The position numbers and the translations under genes are program-made. Below, piece after piece: positions 38,449 through 46,994 of a stretch of 46,994 nt of DNA (positions are counted from its first letter, which is position 1; each line of letters opens with the position of its first letter). The notes beneath the pieces were generated by a model. It made no database searches. It was not told where the DNA came from and worked only from the letters and a program-made list of their open reading frames with translations. Origin of the DNA: Promethearchaeota archaeon (lineage in GTDB: Archaea > Asgardarchaeota > Lokiarchaeia > Sigyniarchaeales > SOKP01). The stretch lies in assembly GCA_019894975.1 (NCBI GenBank), contig JAGXNO010000028.1, forward strand, positions 1 through 46,994. The letters are read 5' to 3'.

Positions 38449-40209
38449 TTAATTACTCTTATCCAATGAATCTGCAATAATTTTTTCTAATTCTTCTTTT
38501 TTCTCAATAGATTTCTTTATTAACTCCTCTGATTCTATTACAGGCTCTACAGCTTTAGGTTTTGCTTTTTGTTGTAATGGAGCACTCCCTGATTTTCCTT
38601 CATAGGTTTTAATACTGTCAGATACTTCATGTCTATAATGATTCCTAAAAGAATTTTCGCGACTCACTATTACTACATTAGGTATGTTACTTCTTCTTAA
38701 GGATTTTCTAAATTTTATTACTTTCCTCACTGGTCTCGGATATTTTAATATTTTCTGATAAGCATATAAATATCCTCCTACGATAACAGTAACCAAACTT
38801 GCGATTACTAAAAGGGCTGTAAATATCCATGGTTCTGTGATGAATTCTGAAAAAGTTTCGGTATATGAAATAATTAAGTACACATTTGTGATGGAAACAG
38901 TTATATTATTTATCAGTAAAAATTCATCTGCTAGATACACCTGAATCGATAGTGTTACATTTTCATAAGGAAGTGTTATTCCTGATAACTCAAATCCATC
39001 TTCTTTGGCATCTTGAAAAGTTGTTGTAGCTGAACTCAATCTGATAGTTTCGGCATGTTGTCTATTATTGATAAGGATTCTAATTTCTGAGTTAGGGGAC
39101 AATGAAGTTGGCCAGAGTTGATCAATTTTGTATTCAAATCTAAGGTTAGCTTCGGTAACTCTTACACTAGTACCATTCATACTGTTTCCAATTTGATTCC
39201 AAGACACTAAAGTACCTTGGTCGACGATTTTTTCATAAGTGAATGTTAAATTGCAGGATTTGATGAGCAATGAATACCATACGTCTAATTCATACCCCGG
39301 ATAGTTATCTTCGCAATCTACGTCTATTCCAAGAGTTATTGTGAAATTATGATTATCATGCCTTAAAACCTGTGATAATGCAAATTTTAAAACATCGTCA
39401 TCTGCAGCAATCATATTTGTATCGTTGAGAAAATTACGTGTTGCATAACTGTATACTCTCCTCCCTGCATATCCTTCTCCTAAATCAACAGTTTTGAAAT
39501 ATGCAATCTCATAGGGTTCTAAATTGTTCAGATCTGAAATTTGAATGTAAAATCGGGTAAAATCAAATAGCGAAGCGTATCCTCCATCAGCAAAAGGAGG
39601 GTGATCATTTGGAGTTTCAAGATCAGTATCCCCACTACCATTAACAATAGCACTTATTGAAGCGGAAGTTATCTGGTAATCAGACATATCTTCCGAAAGT
39701 GATATGTTTCTTTTCCACATTACCCCTGCAAGATTTGCGGTTTGATCTCCTGAATTTGGAAAATCTCCCGTATCATCTTCATCATATACATGCGAAACAT
39801 TCAAACCGTACTGATTTATTTCATGAGTCAAGGGTAATGGGCGGATTGAGTGATTAAATTCACTCCAGTCTGCTGCTTGAGGGATTCCTGAGACTTCTGA
39901 AAATGTTTTTGTATCACCTATTATGTCATAGTTAGCTTGGTTAGAATATATAGCAGCATTTACATCAGTATCATCTCCATCAGTGCTAGAAAACCATGGA
40001 ATTCCCGCACCTTCAAATGTTGGATTATCAATCCAAGAATTATTTGGATGATCAATCACCTCTGAGGGTTGAAGGTTTTCTAAATAACTCAGTTCAAAAG
40101 TTTTACTATTACTTGTAGAATCTACCATAAGTCCTGTGAAGAGTGGTGCTGAAATAAAGAAAATGGTAAGAACTAAAAGAATATCTCGAAATTTTTTCTT
40201 AGAGCTCAT
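38449..40209 (-). CDS. Type I membrane cell-surface protein, paralogue C
   Basis: Signal peptide, acidic beta-rich ectodomain with many NxS/T, TM, KYPRPVRKVIKFRKSL tail; start overlaps the stop of paralogue B (TAATG). Confidence 0.85.
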   Translation of the reverse strand: MSSKKKFRDILLVLTIFFISAPLFTGLMVDSTSNSKTFELSYLENLQPSEVIDHPNNSWIDNPTFEGAGIPWFSSTDGDDTDVNAAIYSNQANYDIIGDTKTFSEVSGIPQAADWSEFNHSIRPLPLTHEINQYGLNVSHVYDEDDTGDFPNSGDQTANLAGVMWKRNISLSEDMSDYQITSASISAIVNGSGDTDLETPNDHPPFADGGYASLFDFTRFYIQISDLNNLEPYEIAYFKTVDLGEGYAGRRVYSYATRNFLNDTNMIAADDDVLKFALSQVLRHDNHNFTITLGIDVDCEDNYPGYELDVWYSLLIKSCNLTFTYEKIVDQGTLVSWNQIGNSMNGTSVRVTEANLRFEYKIDQLWPTSLSPNSEIRILINNRQHAETIRLSSATTTFQDAKEDGFELSGITLPYENVTLSIQVYLADEFLLINNITVSITNVYLIISYTETFSEFITEPWIFTALLVIASLVTVIVGGYLYAYQKILKYPRPVRKVIKFRKSLRRSNIPNVVIVSRENSFRNHYRHEVSDSIKTYEGKSGSAPLQQKAKPKAVEPVIESEELIKKSIEKKEELEKIIADSLDKSN

Positions 40210-41924
40210 TATTGTGTTTTACCTCCTTCTTGATTTGTTGTATTTCCTTTTATTTCTCCTGATCCTTTATCCGAAGGAGTCTTAGCAATACCTTGTTCTT
40301 TTCCCGGATCTACGCTCGGCTTTCCTCGAGTATATTTAGAGGAAGCGCTAAGTTCTTTTTTGTAACTTTTATTAAATGCCTTTTCTCTACTGGTAATATC
40401 TGTTGATGGAGCTGATTTTTTTTTCAATGTTCGTTTGAACTTTCGTACTTTTCGAACAGCATGAGGATATTTTAACACTTTTTGATAAGCAACAAGATAT
40501 CCACCTAAACACCCTGCAATAATACTTGCGACGATGAGTAATATTCTAAAAATTAGTGGTTCGGAAACTGGTTGGGGATCCGAAATTGTTTCTTTATAGG
40601 AAACTACAAGATAAACATTATCAATTGAAACTGTAATAGTTCTATTTAATCCAAATTCATCCCCTAATATGACCTGAATTGAGAAGTTTATATTCACATA
40701 GGGGGGAGTTATATCTAAAAGATCATACCCCTCTACCTTTGCCTCTTGAAATGAGGTTGAAGCTGAACCCAATTTAATCGTTTCTATGTGAGGGATGTTA
40801 TTAATTAGAATTCGTATTTCTGAGTTGGGAGATAATATATCTGGCCAGCTTTCACTGATTTTATACTCGAAATTAAGATTAGATTTAGTAATTTCAATAT
40901 TACTTCCATTTATTGCCTCTCCTATTTGATTCCAAGATAAATAAGTTAACTGATTCATTTTTTTTTCATACGTAAATGATAAATTAACTGATTTTATTAA
41001 TAGTGAATAAAATGTATCTCGATCAGCTTGATCATAATTATCCTCACAGTAAATATCGATACCAAGCGTGATTCCAAAATGATAAGGATCATCTTCAAGG
41101 GCCTTGGTCAAATAAAAAATAAGTGTCGATTGATCTATTGTTGCCATTAATGTGTCATATAAATAACTAATTATTCCCGTAGCTTGTCGAGTTTGGTTTC
41201 CTTCTCCTAAATCTACAGTTTGGAAATAGGCGACCTCATAAAGATTTACATAATCTAAGTTTGAGAATTTAATATAAAACCTAGCGTAATCGTAATATGT
41301 TGCAAAATATCCCGCACCATCGTAACTCAAATCATCGTTAGGAGTTTCTACATTTGTATCGGCACTTCCATTAACCACAGCTGATAATGAAACTGAGGTT
41401 ATGATGAAATCTTCCATACTGACCGGCATTGTTATATTTCTTCTCCAGTGAACACTTGGTCTATTCCGAGATTGATCCGTATTTTCTTGAAATTCATGAG
41501 AAGCTTCACAGCCATCAACATTAATTTCATGAGTCCCATCAGGCAAAATAAAATAGGTGTTATTAAATTCTGACCAATCTGAATCACTAGGTGTGCCTGA
41601 TACATTAGAAAATTGTCCAGTACTCCCTAAGATATCAAAGTTAACTTGACCTGTGCTAGTTGATGGATTAATATCTGTAGGATCTCCTTTGATCTCTGAA
41701 AACCAAGTAGGTTGAATTGGATCAGCAAAAGTAGGATTTTCAAGCCATTGAATATTTGAGCGTGTAACTATTCCCGCAGTATTTAAACCTGCTCGTGATT
41801 CAAATTCATATTCATTTATTTTTGTATTTACATTAAATGAAGAGAAAATTGCGGTTAAACCCAACAAAACTATAAGTCCTAAAAAAATAAAACTTTTAAA
41901 ATTCCTACCACTCTTAGTAAGCAA
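40209..41924 (-). CDS. Type I membrane cell-surface protein, paralogue B
   Basis: Signal peptide, WLENPTF, ETPND, YCEDN, SWNQ, TM, KYPHAVRKVRKFKRTL. Confidence 0.85.
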   Translation of the reverse strand: MLTKSGRNFKSFIFLGLIVLLGLTAIFSSFNVNTKINEYEFESRAGLNTAGIVTRSNIQWLENPTFADPIQPTWFSEIKGDPTDINPSTSTGQVNFDILGSTGQFSNVSGTPSDSDWSEFNNTYFILPDGTHEINVDGCEASHEFQENTDQSRNRPSVHWRRNITMPVSMEDFIITSVSLSAVVNGSADTNVETPNDDLSYDGAGYFATYYDYARFYIKFSNLDYVNLYEVAYFQTVDLGEGNQTRQATGIISYLYDTLMATIDQSTLIFYLTKALEDDPYHFGITLGIDIYCEDNYDQADRDTFYSLLIKSVNLSFTYEKKMNQLTYLSWNQIGEAINGSNIEITKSNLNFEYKISESWPDILSPNSEIRILINNIPHIETIKLGSASTSFQEAKVEGYDLLDITPPYVNINFSIQVILGDEFGLNRTITVSIDNVYLVVSYKETISDPQPVSEPLIFRILLIVASIIAGCLGGYLVAYQKVLKYPHAVRKVRKFKRTLKKKSAPSTDITSREKAFNKSYKKELSASSKYTRGKPSVDPGKEQGIAKTPSDKGSGEIKGNTTNQEGGKTQ

Positions 41925-42098
41925 ATTTTTACACCTAATAATAGATTGAGTATGATTAATTTCTAAGCTAAAAAACCTTAAAAAAGTAACTTATTTGAAA
42001 GTTATATTCACCTTACATAAAGATATAATGATTAATAAGAATTGAGCCATGTTTACCTTAAAACTTTAATAAAAAGAAAGTATTAAAAAAAGAGGCAT

Positions 42099-43907
42099 TT
42101 ATCCTTTCTTATCTGCTTCTTTTACCAATTTATCGAGTTCTGATTTCTTTTCTAAAGATTTATCGATTAATTCATCAGTGCTTATATTTTCTTCTAAAGT
42201 ACTCTTCGGTTGTTTTGTAGATTCCCCATTTTCTAGACCTGTAGATGCTTTTGACTTGCTAGGTTTAACTAATACGGATTTAGGTGCAACCCCTAAATCT
42301 TTGTTATACGCTTTCCTAAATGCAACTTCTGAAGGCATTATTACTACATTCGGTGCATTACTTCTATTAAGAGTCCTCTTGAATTTTCTCACTTTTCTAA
42401 CTGGTTTTGGATATTTTAAAAACCTCTGATAAGCTATAAAATATCCCCCTAAACAAACTGTAGCGAGACTTACAAAAATTAATAATGCAGCAAATATCCA
42501 TGGTTCAGGATCTGAGGATGGCAAAACTCCGATCCATGATTCTATGTAAGAAATGCTTAAATAAACATCCGTTATTGATATAGTAATATTATTATCTAAC
42601 CCGAAATCTTCAGCTAAATACACTTGTATTGATAGAGTAAATTCTTCATATGGTAATATTTTCGAAACAATATCAAAACTACCATCCTCAGGAGCATCTT
42701 GCCACCCAGACGAATTATCATAATCTATTAAACTTATAGTTTGCTCAAATTTCCTATCATTAATGTATATTCTGATTTGGGAATTTTGGGAGGATTCGGT
42801 CCAATTTTGATCGATTTTATATTTAAAATTTAGACTAGCATTAGTAATTTGAATAGTTGAATTACCTACTGTACGATTAATTGCATTCAAATCTTGATTC
42901 CAAGATAAAGCTGTAAACTGATTAATTTTTTTTACATAGGAAAAAGTCAAATTCAAAGTTTTAAAGCGTACATCGTCAAAGTGATCTCTATCAAGACTAG
43001 AATTATTATCTTCGCAATACATATATATTCCTAAAACAATTGTAAAATTATTATGCCCTGGGTCAACTGCTAAAACGTTATTTATAGCATCAATTATAGC
43101 CTGTTTTCCATAAGCTCCTATTAATCCTTCTACATCATAAAACAGAAGACCCTCATTACCTAATAAACGTGTTTGATTAAACGCAATCCTGTAAGTATTC
43201 AATTCATCAACATCTAATGTAGTAATTTCAACATAAAATTGAATATAATCATATTTTTCGTATTGGTTTATCGACACCGTACCTGGATCCCACCTAGCAG
43301 TGGTATCACCTGGTGTATCAATATTTCGATCAACACTTGCGTTTATTATGGCATCGAAACTTGCATCAGTAATAATGTAATCTGTCATGTCAACAGGTAA
43401 ACTCACATTTGTTCTCCAATGCATACGAGGAGTATTTTTAGGTTGTCCACCAGTTTCTCCTTCCCACCACCAATGACTACACCAAACCCCATCATCATCA
43501 ATCCCATAATATGGAACAGATGCACGTTGGGGAACAACCACTAATTCAGATTTATTGAAAGCTTCCCAATTTGATTGTGTGGCGGCATTAAGGAGAACTT
43601 GTTCTTCATATGATTCTCCTATTATTAATGCGTTTGCTTGATTTGGACTAGTAGATGAAATTGCGTCAGAAACATCTCCTTCAATGGTTGGATACCATGG
43701 ATCAACTGGTTCTTGAAAATCAGAATTAATAATCCATGCCGCATCGTCTACTGTCACGTTTCCAGAAGTATAAAGATCTTGGAAAAATCTAGTATCCAAA
43801 GAGGTTTTACTAGTCTGATTTGTTCCAATAAAAAGATTTAAAGAAGAAATAATAAGAATAACGAATAAAAAGGAAAAAACTATCTTGAGATTACTTTTAG
43901 ATTTCAT
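42099..43907 (-). CDS. Type I membrane cell-surface protein, paralogue A
   Basis: Signal peptide, WIINSDF, DTPGD, YCEDN, SWNQ, TM, KYPKPVRKVRKFKRTL; GGTGA RBS. Confidence 0.85.
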   Translation of the reverse strand: MKSKSNLKIVFSFLFVILIISSLNLFIGTNQTSKTSLDTRFFQDLYTSGNVTVDDAAWIINSDFQEPVDPWYPTIEGDVSDAISSTSPNQANALIIGESYEEQVLLNAATQSNWEAFNKSELVVVPQRASVPYYGIDDDGVWCSHWWWEGETGGQPKNTPRMHWRTNVSLPVDMTDYIITDASFDAIINASVDRNIDTPGDTTARWDPGTVSINQYEKYDYIQFYVEITTLDVDELNTYRIAFNQTRLLGNEGLLFYDVEGLIGAYGKQAIIDAINNVLAVDPGHNNFTIVLGIYMYCEDNNSSLDRDHFDDVRFKTLNLTFSYVKKINQFTALSWNQDLNAINRTVGNSTIQITNASLNFKYKIDQNWTESSQNSQIRIYINDRKFEQTISLIDYDNSSGWQDAPEDGSFDIVSKILPYEEFTLSIQVYLAEDFGLDNNITISITDVYLSISYIESWIGVLPSSDPEPWIFAALLIFVSLATVCLGGYFIAYQRFLKYPKPVRKVRKFKRTLNRSNAPNVVIMPSEVAFRKAYNKDLGVAPKSVLVKPSKSKASTGLENGESTKQPKSTLEENISTDELIDKSLEKKSELDKLVKEADKKG

Positions 43908-44064
43908 TTAAATCATATCACCATTTATTTGGAATTTCTAACTATTTAAGTTATATTAATTTGAATAAACTTTAATTAAATAATAATAATAAATAATACT
44001 TAAGACATAATAATATTTATTTTATCTTAAAAAACTTATTTAACGAAATTCGAGGTATTGAAAT

Positions 44065-45318
44065 TTGATCCAAGGTATTTTGACATTTCAGTTTAAGATT
44101 AATCAGAAAGAGACAGGAGAAATAGAACCAGAATTCGCTCCAATCCAATTAATATTTCGAGAGGAACGATTTGATGAAGATAATTTTTCTGAATTACTTA
44201 ATGATAATGATCTATTTGCTATCTTTTACCAACACACTACTGGTTTGTTTGGAGTAAAATACAGCTATAGCAATTTTTATGCAGGAAGACTAAAAGAAAC
44301 ACCTTTTCAAGTAATATCCTATTTTAAACAAGTAGCTGATGGCACTCAATATTTAGCAATGTCTATTTTTGAATTAGATGATGAAATTGAAATTTTTGAA
44401 GATTTAATAAAAGACATGGGAAATCGATTAGATACAATCTTTGATAAATTAACAAGAGCCAAAAGTTCGAAACAAGTCTCTTTAATAGAAAATATAAACA
44501 TTAGGTTGAAAAATGAAATAAAATTTACAATATTTCAAGTGGATAGATTATCTAATTTAGATAAACTTCAAAAAGTGGCTTTAATCTACAATAGCGAAGA
44601 AAGAATGAAAATCTTAGAAATCTTGCGTGAACGTCCAATTGCGAAAAAAGAATTAAAAAGCATTATTGAAAAAATGTCTGCAACTGTCAACATAGACATA
44701 CTTCTTCAGCCTTTTCTGGAATTGAATTTAATTAGACGTGATTGGATAAAAGGAGAAAAAGACAAGAAAACTGGTGAAATTCAGCATCAAGGAGAATATT
44801 TGTTTTTAGTGAAGGATATTCTCATAGCCCGGATCCCAAATGAGAATTTATTGAATCATTTCAAGGAGACGAAAAATGAATTACTCCCATTCTATAGACA
44901 AAAAGTAGTAGATTATTTCTCAAATTATGATCCTTACACGCAATCTACAGAAGAAACCAAAAAAATAGCCTCAATCCTGTTAAGCCCTGATGCCTACGAT
45001 TTTTTCGTCCTGATGAGACACAACCATTACCCACTCGACAAAATCCCTAAAATCTTCTCGGAATTTGCTGTCACTGAAATACTATTAGATGATTTAAAGG
45101 ATATAAACATTATAACGGAAATAACAGACGAGAACGAGCGCAAGTGGATTTGTTTGCTTACAGAGATTAAACCTTTAATTATCTTCCCGGAGTATTTGCT
45201 ACCTAAAATTAGAGAAGCATATAAGAATGAAGATGATGATGGTAGGATCACTTTTGAAATTGCGAAAAAGGCTCTTAGCTTGTTAGAAATTACCTATCCC
45301 GAGAAAGTGAAATTTTAG
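44065..45318 (+). CDS. Putative longin/uDENN-like domain plus two winged-helix domains
   Basis: GAGGT RBS before TTG; b-b-a-b-b-b-a-a pattern in the first ~160 aa; two segments of the ERMKILEILRERP...LLQPFLELNLIRR type. Confidence 0.65.
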   Translation: MIQGILTFQFKINQKETGEIEPEFAPIQLIFREERFDEDNFSELLNDNDLFAIFYQHTTGLFGVKYSYSNFYAGRLKETPFQVISYFKQVADGTQYLAMSIFELDDEIEIFEDLIKDMGNRLDTIFDKLTRAKSSKQVSLIENINIRLKNEIKFTIFQVDRLSNLDKLQKVALIYNSEERMKILEILRERPIAKKELKSIIEKMSATVNIDILLQPFLELNLIRRDWIKGEKDKKTGEIQHQGEYLFLVKDILIARIPNENLLNHFKETKNELLPFYRQKVVDYFSNYDPYTQSTEETKKIASILLSPDAYDFFVLMRHNHYPLDKIPKIFSEFAVTEILLDDLKDINIITEITDENERKWICLLTEIKPLIIFPEYLLPKIREAYKNEDDDGRITFEIAKKALSLLEITYPEKVKF

Positions 45319-45348
45319 TATTTAATAAAAACGAGATGATATTACAAA

Positions 45349-46994
45349 ATGTATTTATTTAAAGATAAAGATGTAATTGAGGTACCAATTACCTGTAAAT
45401 TCTGTTTAAAGGAAATTAACTTTCCAATATCAAAAAAAGAATACCAAGATGTAAAGAAATTTCCATTAAAAAGAGAAAATATTCACGGAGATCCCGAACA
45501 CAAATTAACAGTTTTTATAAATATGAGTCTAGAGGTTGAAAATTTCGAAATACAAGACCTAACTGAAAAAGAGGAAGAAGTTGCCTATTCTGAAGAATTA
45601 ATTAAACAAGTATTAAGTGATATTGATTTAACAGATGAAGAAATTGAGTTGTATTTTCGATCAACCGGACGTGAAACTGTATCGCTTGGTGAGATCTCGA
45701 TTTTAATTGGCAAATCAAAGGAAGTCTGTAAGAAAATTGTTGATAAATTTATTGAAAAAGGATTGTTTAAAGAAATTATTGGAGCTACTCCTCATTATGC
45801 TGCGTTACCACCATATGCCGCTTTAGTAGCTCAATTGAAAAACTTTTATACCTATATTTCTGATATCAAATCGAAAATTCCAATCCAATTAGAGAGATCA
45901 TTTGCTCAACTTGAAACGCAAGCCAAGGGTATGGAAACTTTAAAAGACTCCAGTGAAGCGATGTTAGAATTAAAAGAAAAGATGATCGATCAAATCCAGG
46001 CTCAAAAAAAAGAGTTTAATCAAACAATAACAGCAATAGATCAGATTAAAAATATCACAAAAGATATTTCAGGTTTAGGAGATGTTACAAAAAATATTTC
46101 AGAGGATCAGATAGGAAGCTTAACTTCACAATTTGACACCCTTAATCAGAAAACTTCACAAATTATAAAGAACCAAGTCGATGGGCTAAGAACTCAATTA
46201 GGGGACGTCAAGCAAATTGTAACTGATAATCTACAAAAATTAAGGTTAGGTGTCATCCAACAAGCTGTAGGGGATATAATCGAAAAAGTTATTAATTCCA
46301 GATTAAAAGATATTACTGATAATCTTAATGTACAATTAAGCGTAAGTCAAACTGTGTTTGCTGATGAATTAAAAAAGGCGACACAAGGTATAGATTCTGA
46401 ATTTGTTTCTAAATTGAGAAGCTCTATTGAAGATGCTGTTAAAAATGTTGAAGGAATTGGTATAAAATCAGATGATGAGAAAGAGAGAGCATTTTCGGAT
46501 ATTATGGATAATTTTAATAAAGCTGCAAAGTTGGCTGAAGCAAAAATTGATGGACTTTCAGGAGATATTTTTCAATCATTTGGAAATATACGGGAGATCT
46601 TTTCTAAAGGAATTGTAGACACTTTAAATAATACTTTAAACGATATCTTGAATCGTTTGGAGCTTAGTGAAAAAACTACAAACCAATTCTGGGAACAATC
46701 AAAAAAAGCGAAGGGGGCAATTACCATGAAAGATATTTGGTTTGTTCGTTCGCCAGAAGCCGCTAAAGCTCATATTAATGATGAAATCTCAAAAGCAAAA
46801 ATGAGGGTACTAATTGTTGCTCCTGATCTTCTAGATATTGAAATAGATGCTATCAAAGCACGCCCTTCACGAATTAACTTTAGAATTTCTACTCATATTG
46901 ATCCAAATATTAAAGCGCATGAAGCTGTATTACAAGAGTTAGATCAAATGGATAACGTTGATTATAGAAATAGGACTCTACAGAACTTATGGGG
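45349..46994 (+). CDS. TrmB-like protein with N-terminal Zn-binding motif and long helical insertion, 3'-truncated (not in ORF track)
   Basis: Open from ATG 45349 to the window end (>548 aa): CKFC...HGDPEH; LTDEEIELY...SLGEIS...KGLFKEI.G.TPHYAALPP wHTH; ~300 aa amphipathic helices; IWFVRS....AHI...ISKAKMRVLIVAP effector-domain start. Confidence 0.82.
   Translation, partial: MYLFKDKDVIEVPITCKFCLKEINFPISKKEYQDVKKFPLKRENIHGDPEHKLTVFINMSLEVENFEIQDLTEKEEEVAYSEELIKQVLSDIDLTDEEIELYFRSTGRETVSLGEISILIGKSKEVCKKIVDKFIEKGLFKEIIGATPHYAALPPYAALVAQLKNFYTYISDIKSKIPIQLERSFAQLETQAKGMETLKDSSEAMLELKEKMIDQIQAQKKEFNQTITAIDQIKNITKDISGLGDVTKNISEDQIGSLTSQFDTLNQKTSQIIKNQVDGLRTQLGDVKQIVTDNLQKLRLGVIQQAVGDIIEKVINSRLKDITDNLNVQLSVSQTVFADELKKATQGIDSEFVSKLRSSIEDAVKNVEGIGIKSDDEKERAFSDIMDNFNKAAKLAEAKIDGLSGDIFQSFGNIREIFSKGIVDTLNNTLNDILNRLELSEKTTNQFWEQSKKAKGAITMKDIWFVRSPEAAKAHINDEISKAKMRVLIVAPDLLDIEIDAIKARPSRINFRISTHIDPNIKAHEAVLQELDQMDNVDYRNRTLQNLW

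Noticed and set aside
75-45251. The many short ORFs in the track that lie antisense to or inside long genes (e.g. 2597-2899, 19391-19801, 23589-23972, 35504-36019)
   Set aside because: Shadow frames of well-supported genes; no motifs or RBS
44065-45318. ESCRT-II (Vps22/36/25) assignment
   Set aside because: Tandem wH fits, but the longin-like N-terminus, the spacing and the lack of neighbouring ESCRT genes do not
1-46994. Selenoproteins/SECIS (known in Lokiarchaeota)
   Set aside because: Genes ending in TGA are complete by family motifs, with no evidence of read-through; the hairpins examined lack a convincing AUGA/GA SECIS core
1-46994. tRNA, rRNA, CRISPR arrays, transposases, integrases
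   Set aside because: No cloverleaf, long GC-rich RNA, regularly spaced repeat or recombinase motif seen by eye

Overview
AT-rich archaeal chromosomal window, very probably from an Asgard archaeon of the Lokiarchaeia type. This is an inference from a Rab-like GTPase, a longin-Arf-like GTPase fusion, a second longin-like protein, a V4R protein, a short XPF, an archaeal PUA/MCT-1 protein, GGAGG/GGTGA ribosome-binding sites and oligo-T terminators. It holds about 38 protein genes; I saw no rRNA, tRNA, CRISPR array or intact mobile element. Left 12 kb: accessory metabolic genes (sulfatase with decayed paralogue tails, RIO kinase behind a structured uORF leader, GNAT, SDR, Fe-S protein, M50 protease, tryptophanase, class III CoA-transferase). 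Middle: a small-GTPase cluster, a phosphohexomutase, a PadR-controlled giant MacB/LolCE-type ABC system with two matching operator sites, beta-oxidation genes, XPF, a tail-anchored subtilase, ADH synthase/aldolase, nadB, and tandem LMW phosphatases plus V4R. Right end, the best candidates for undescribed systems: three tandem paralogous single-pass surface proteins with a highly conserved cytoplasmic juxtamembrane motif, divergent from a longin + tandem winged-helix protein (NPRL2/3-like layout) and a Zn-motif/TrmB/long-helical/effector-domain protein that is absent from the ORF track and truncated by the window end. All family calls are by eye from motifs; no database search was run.
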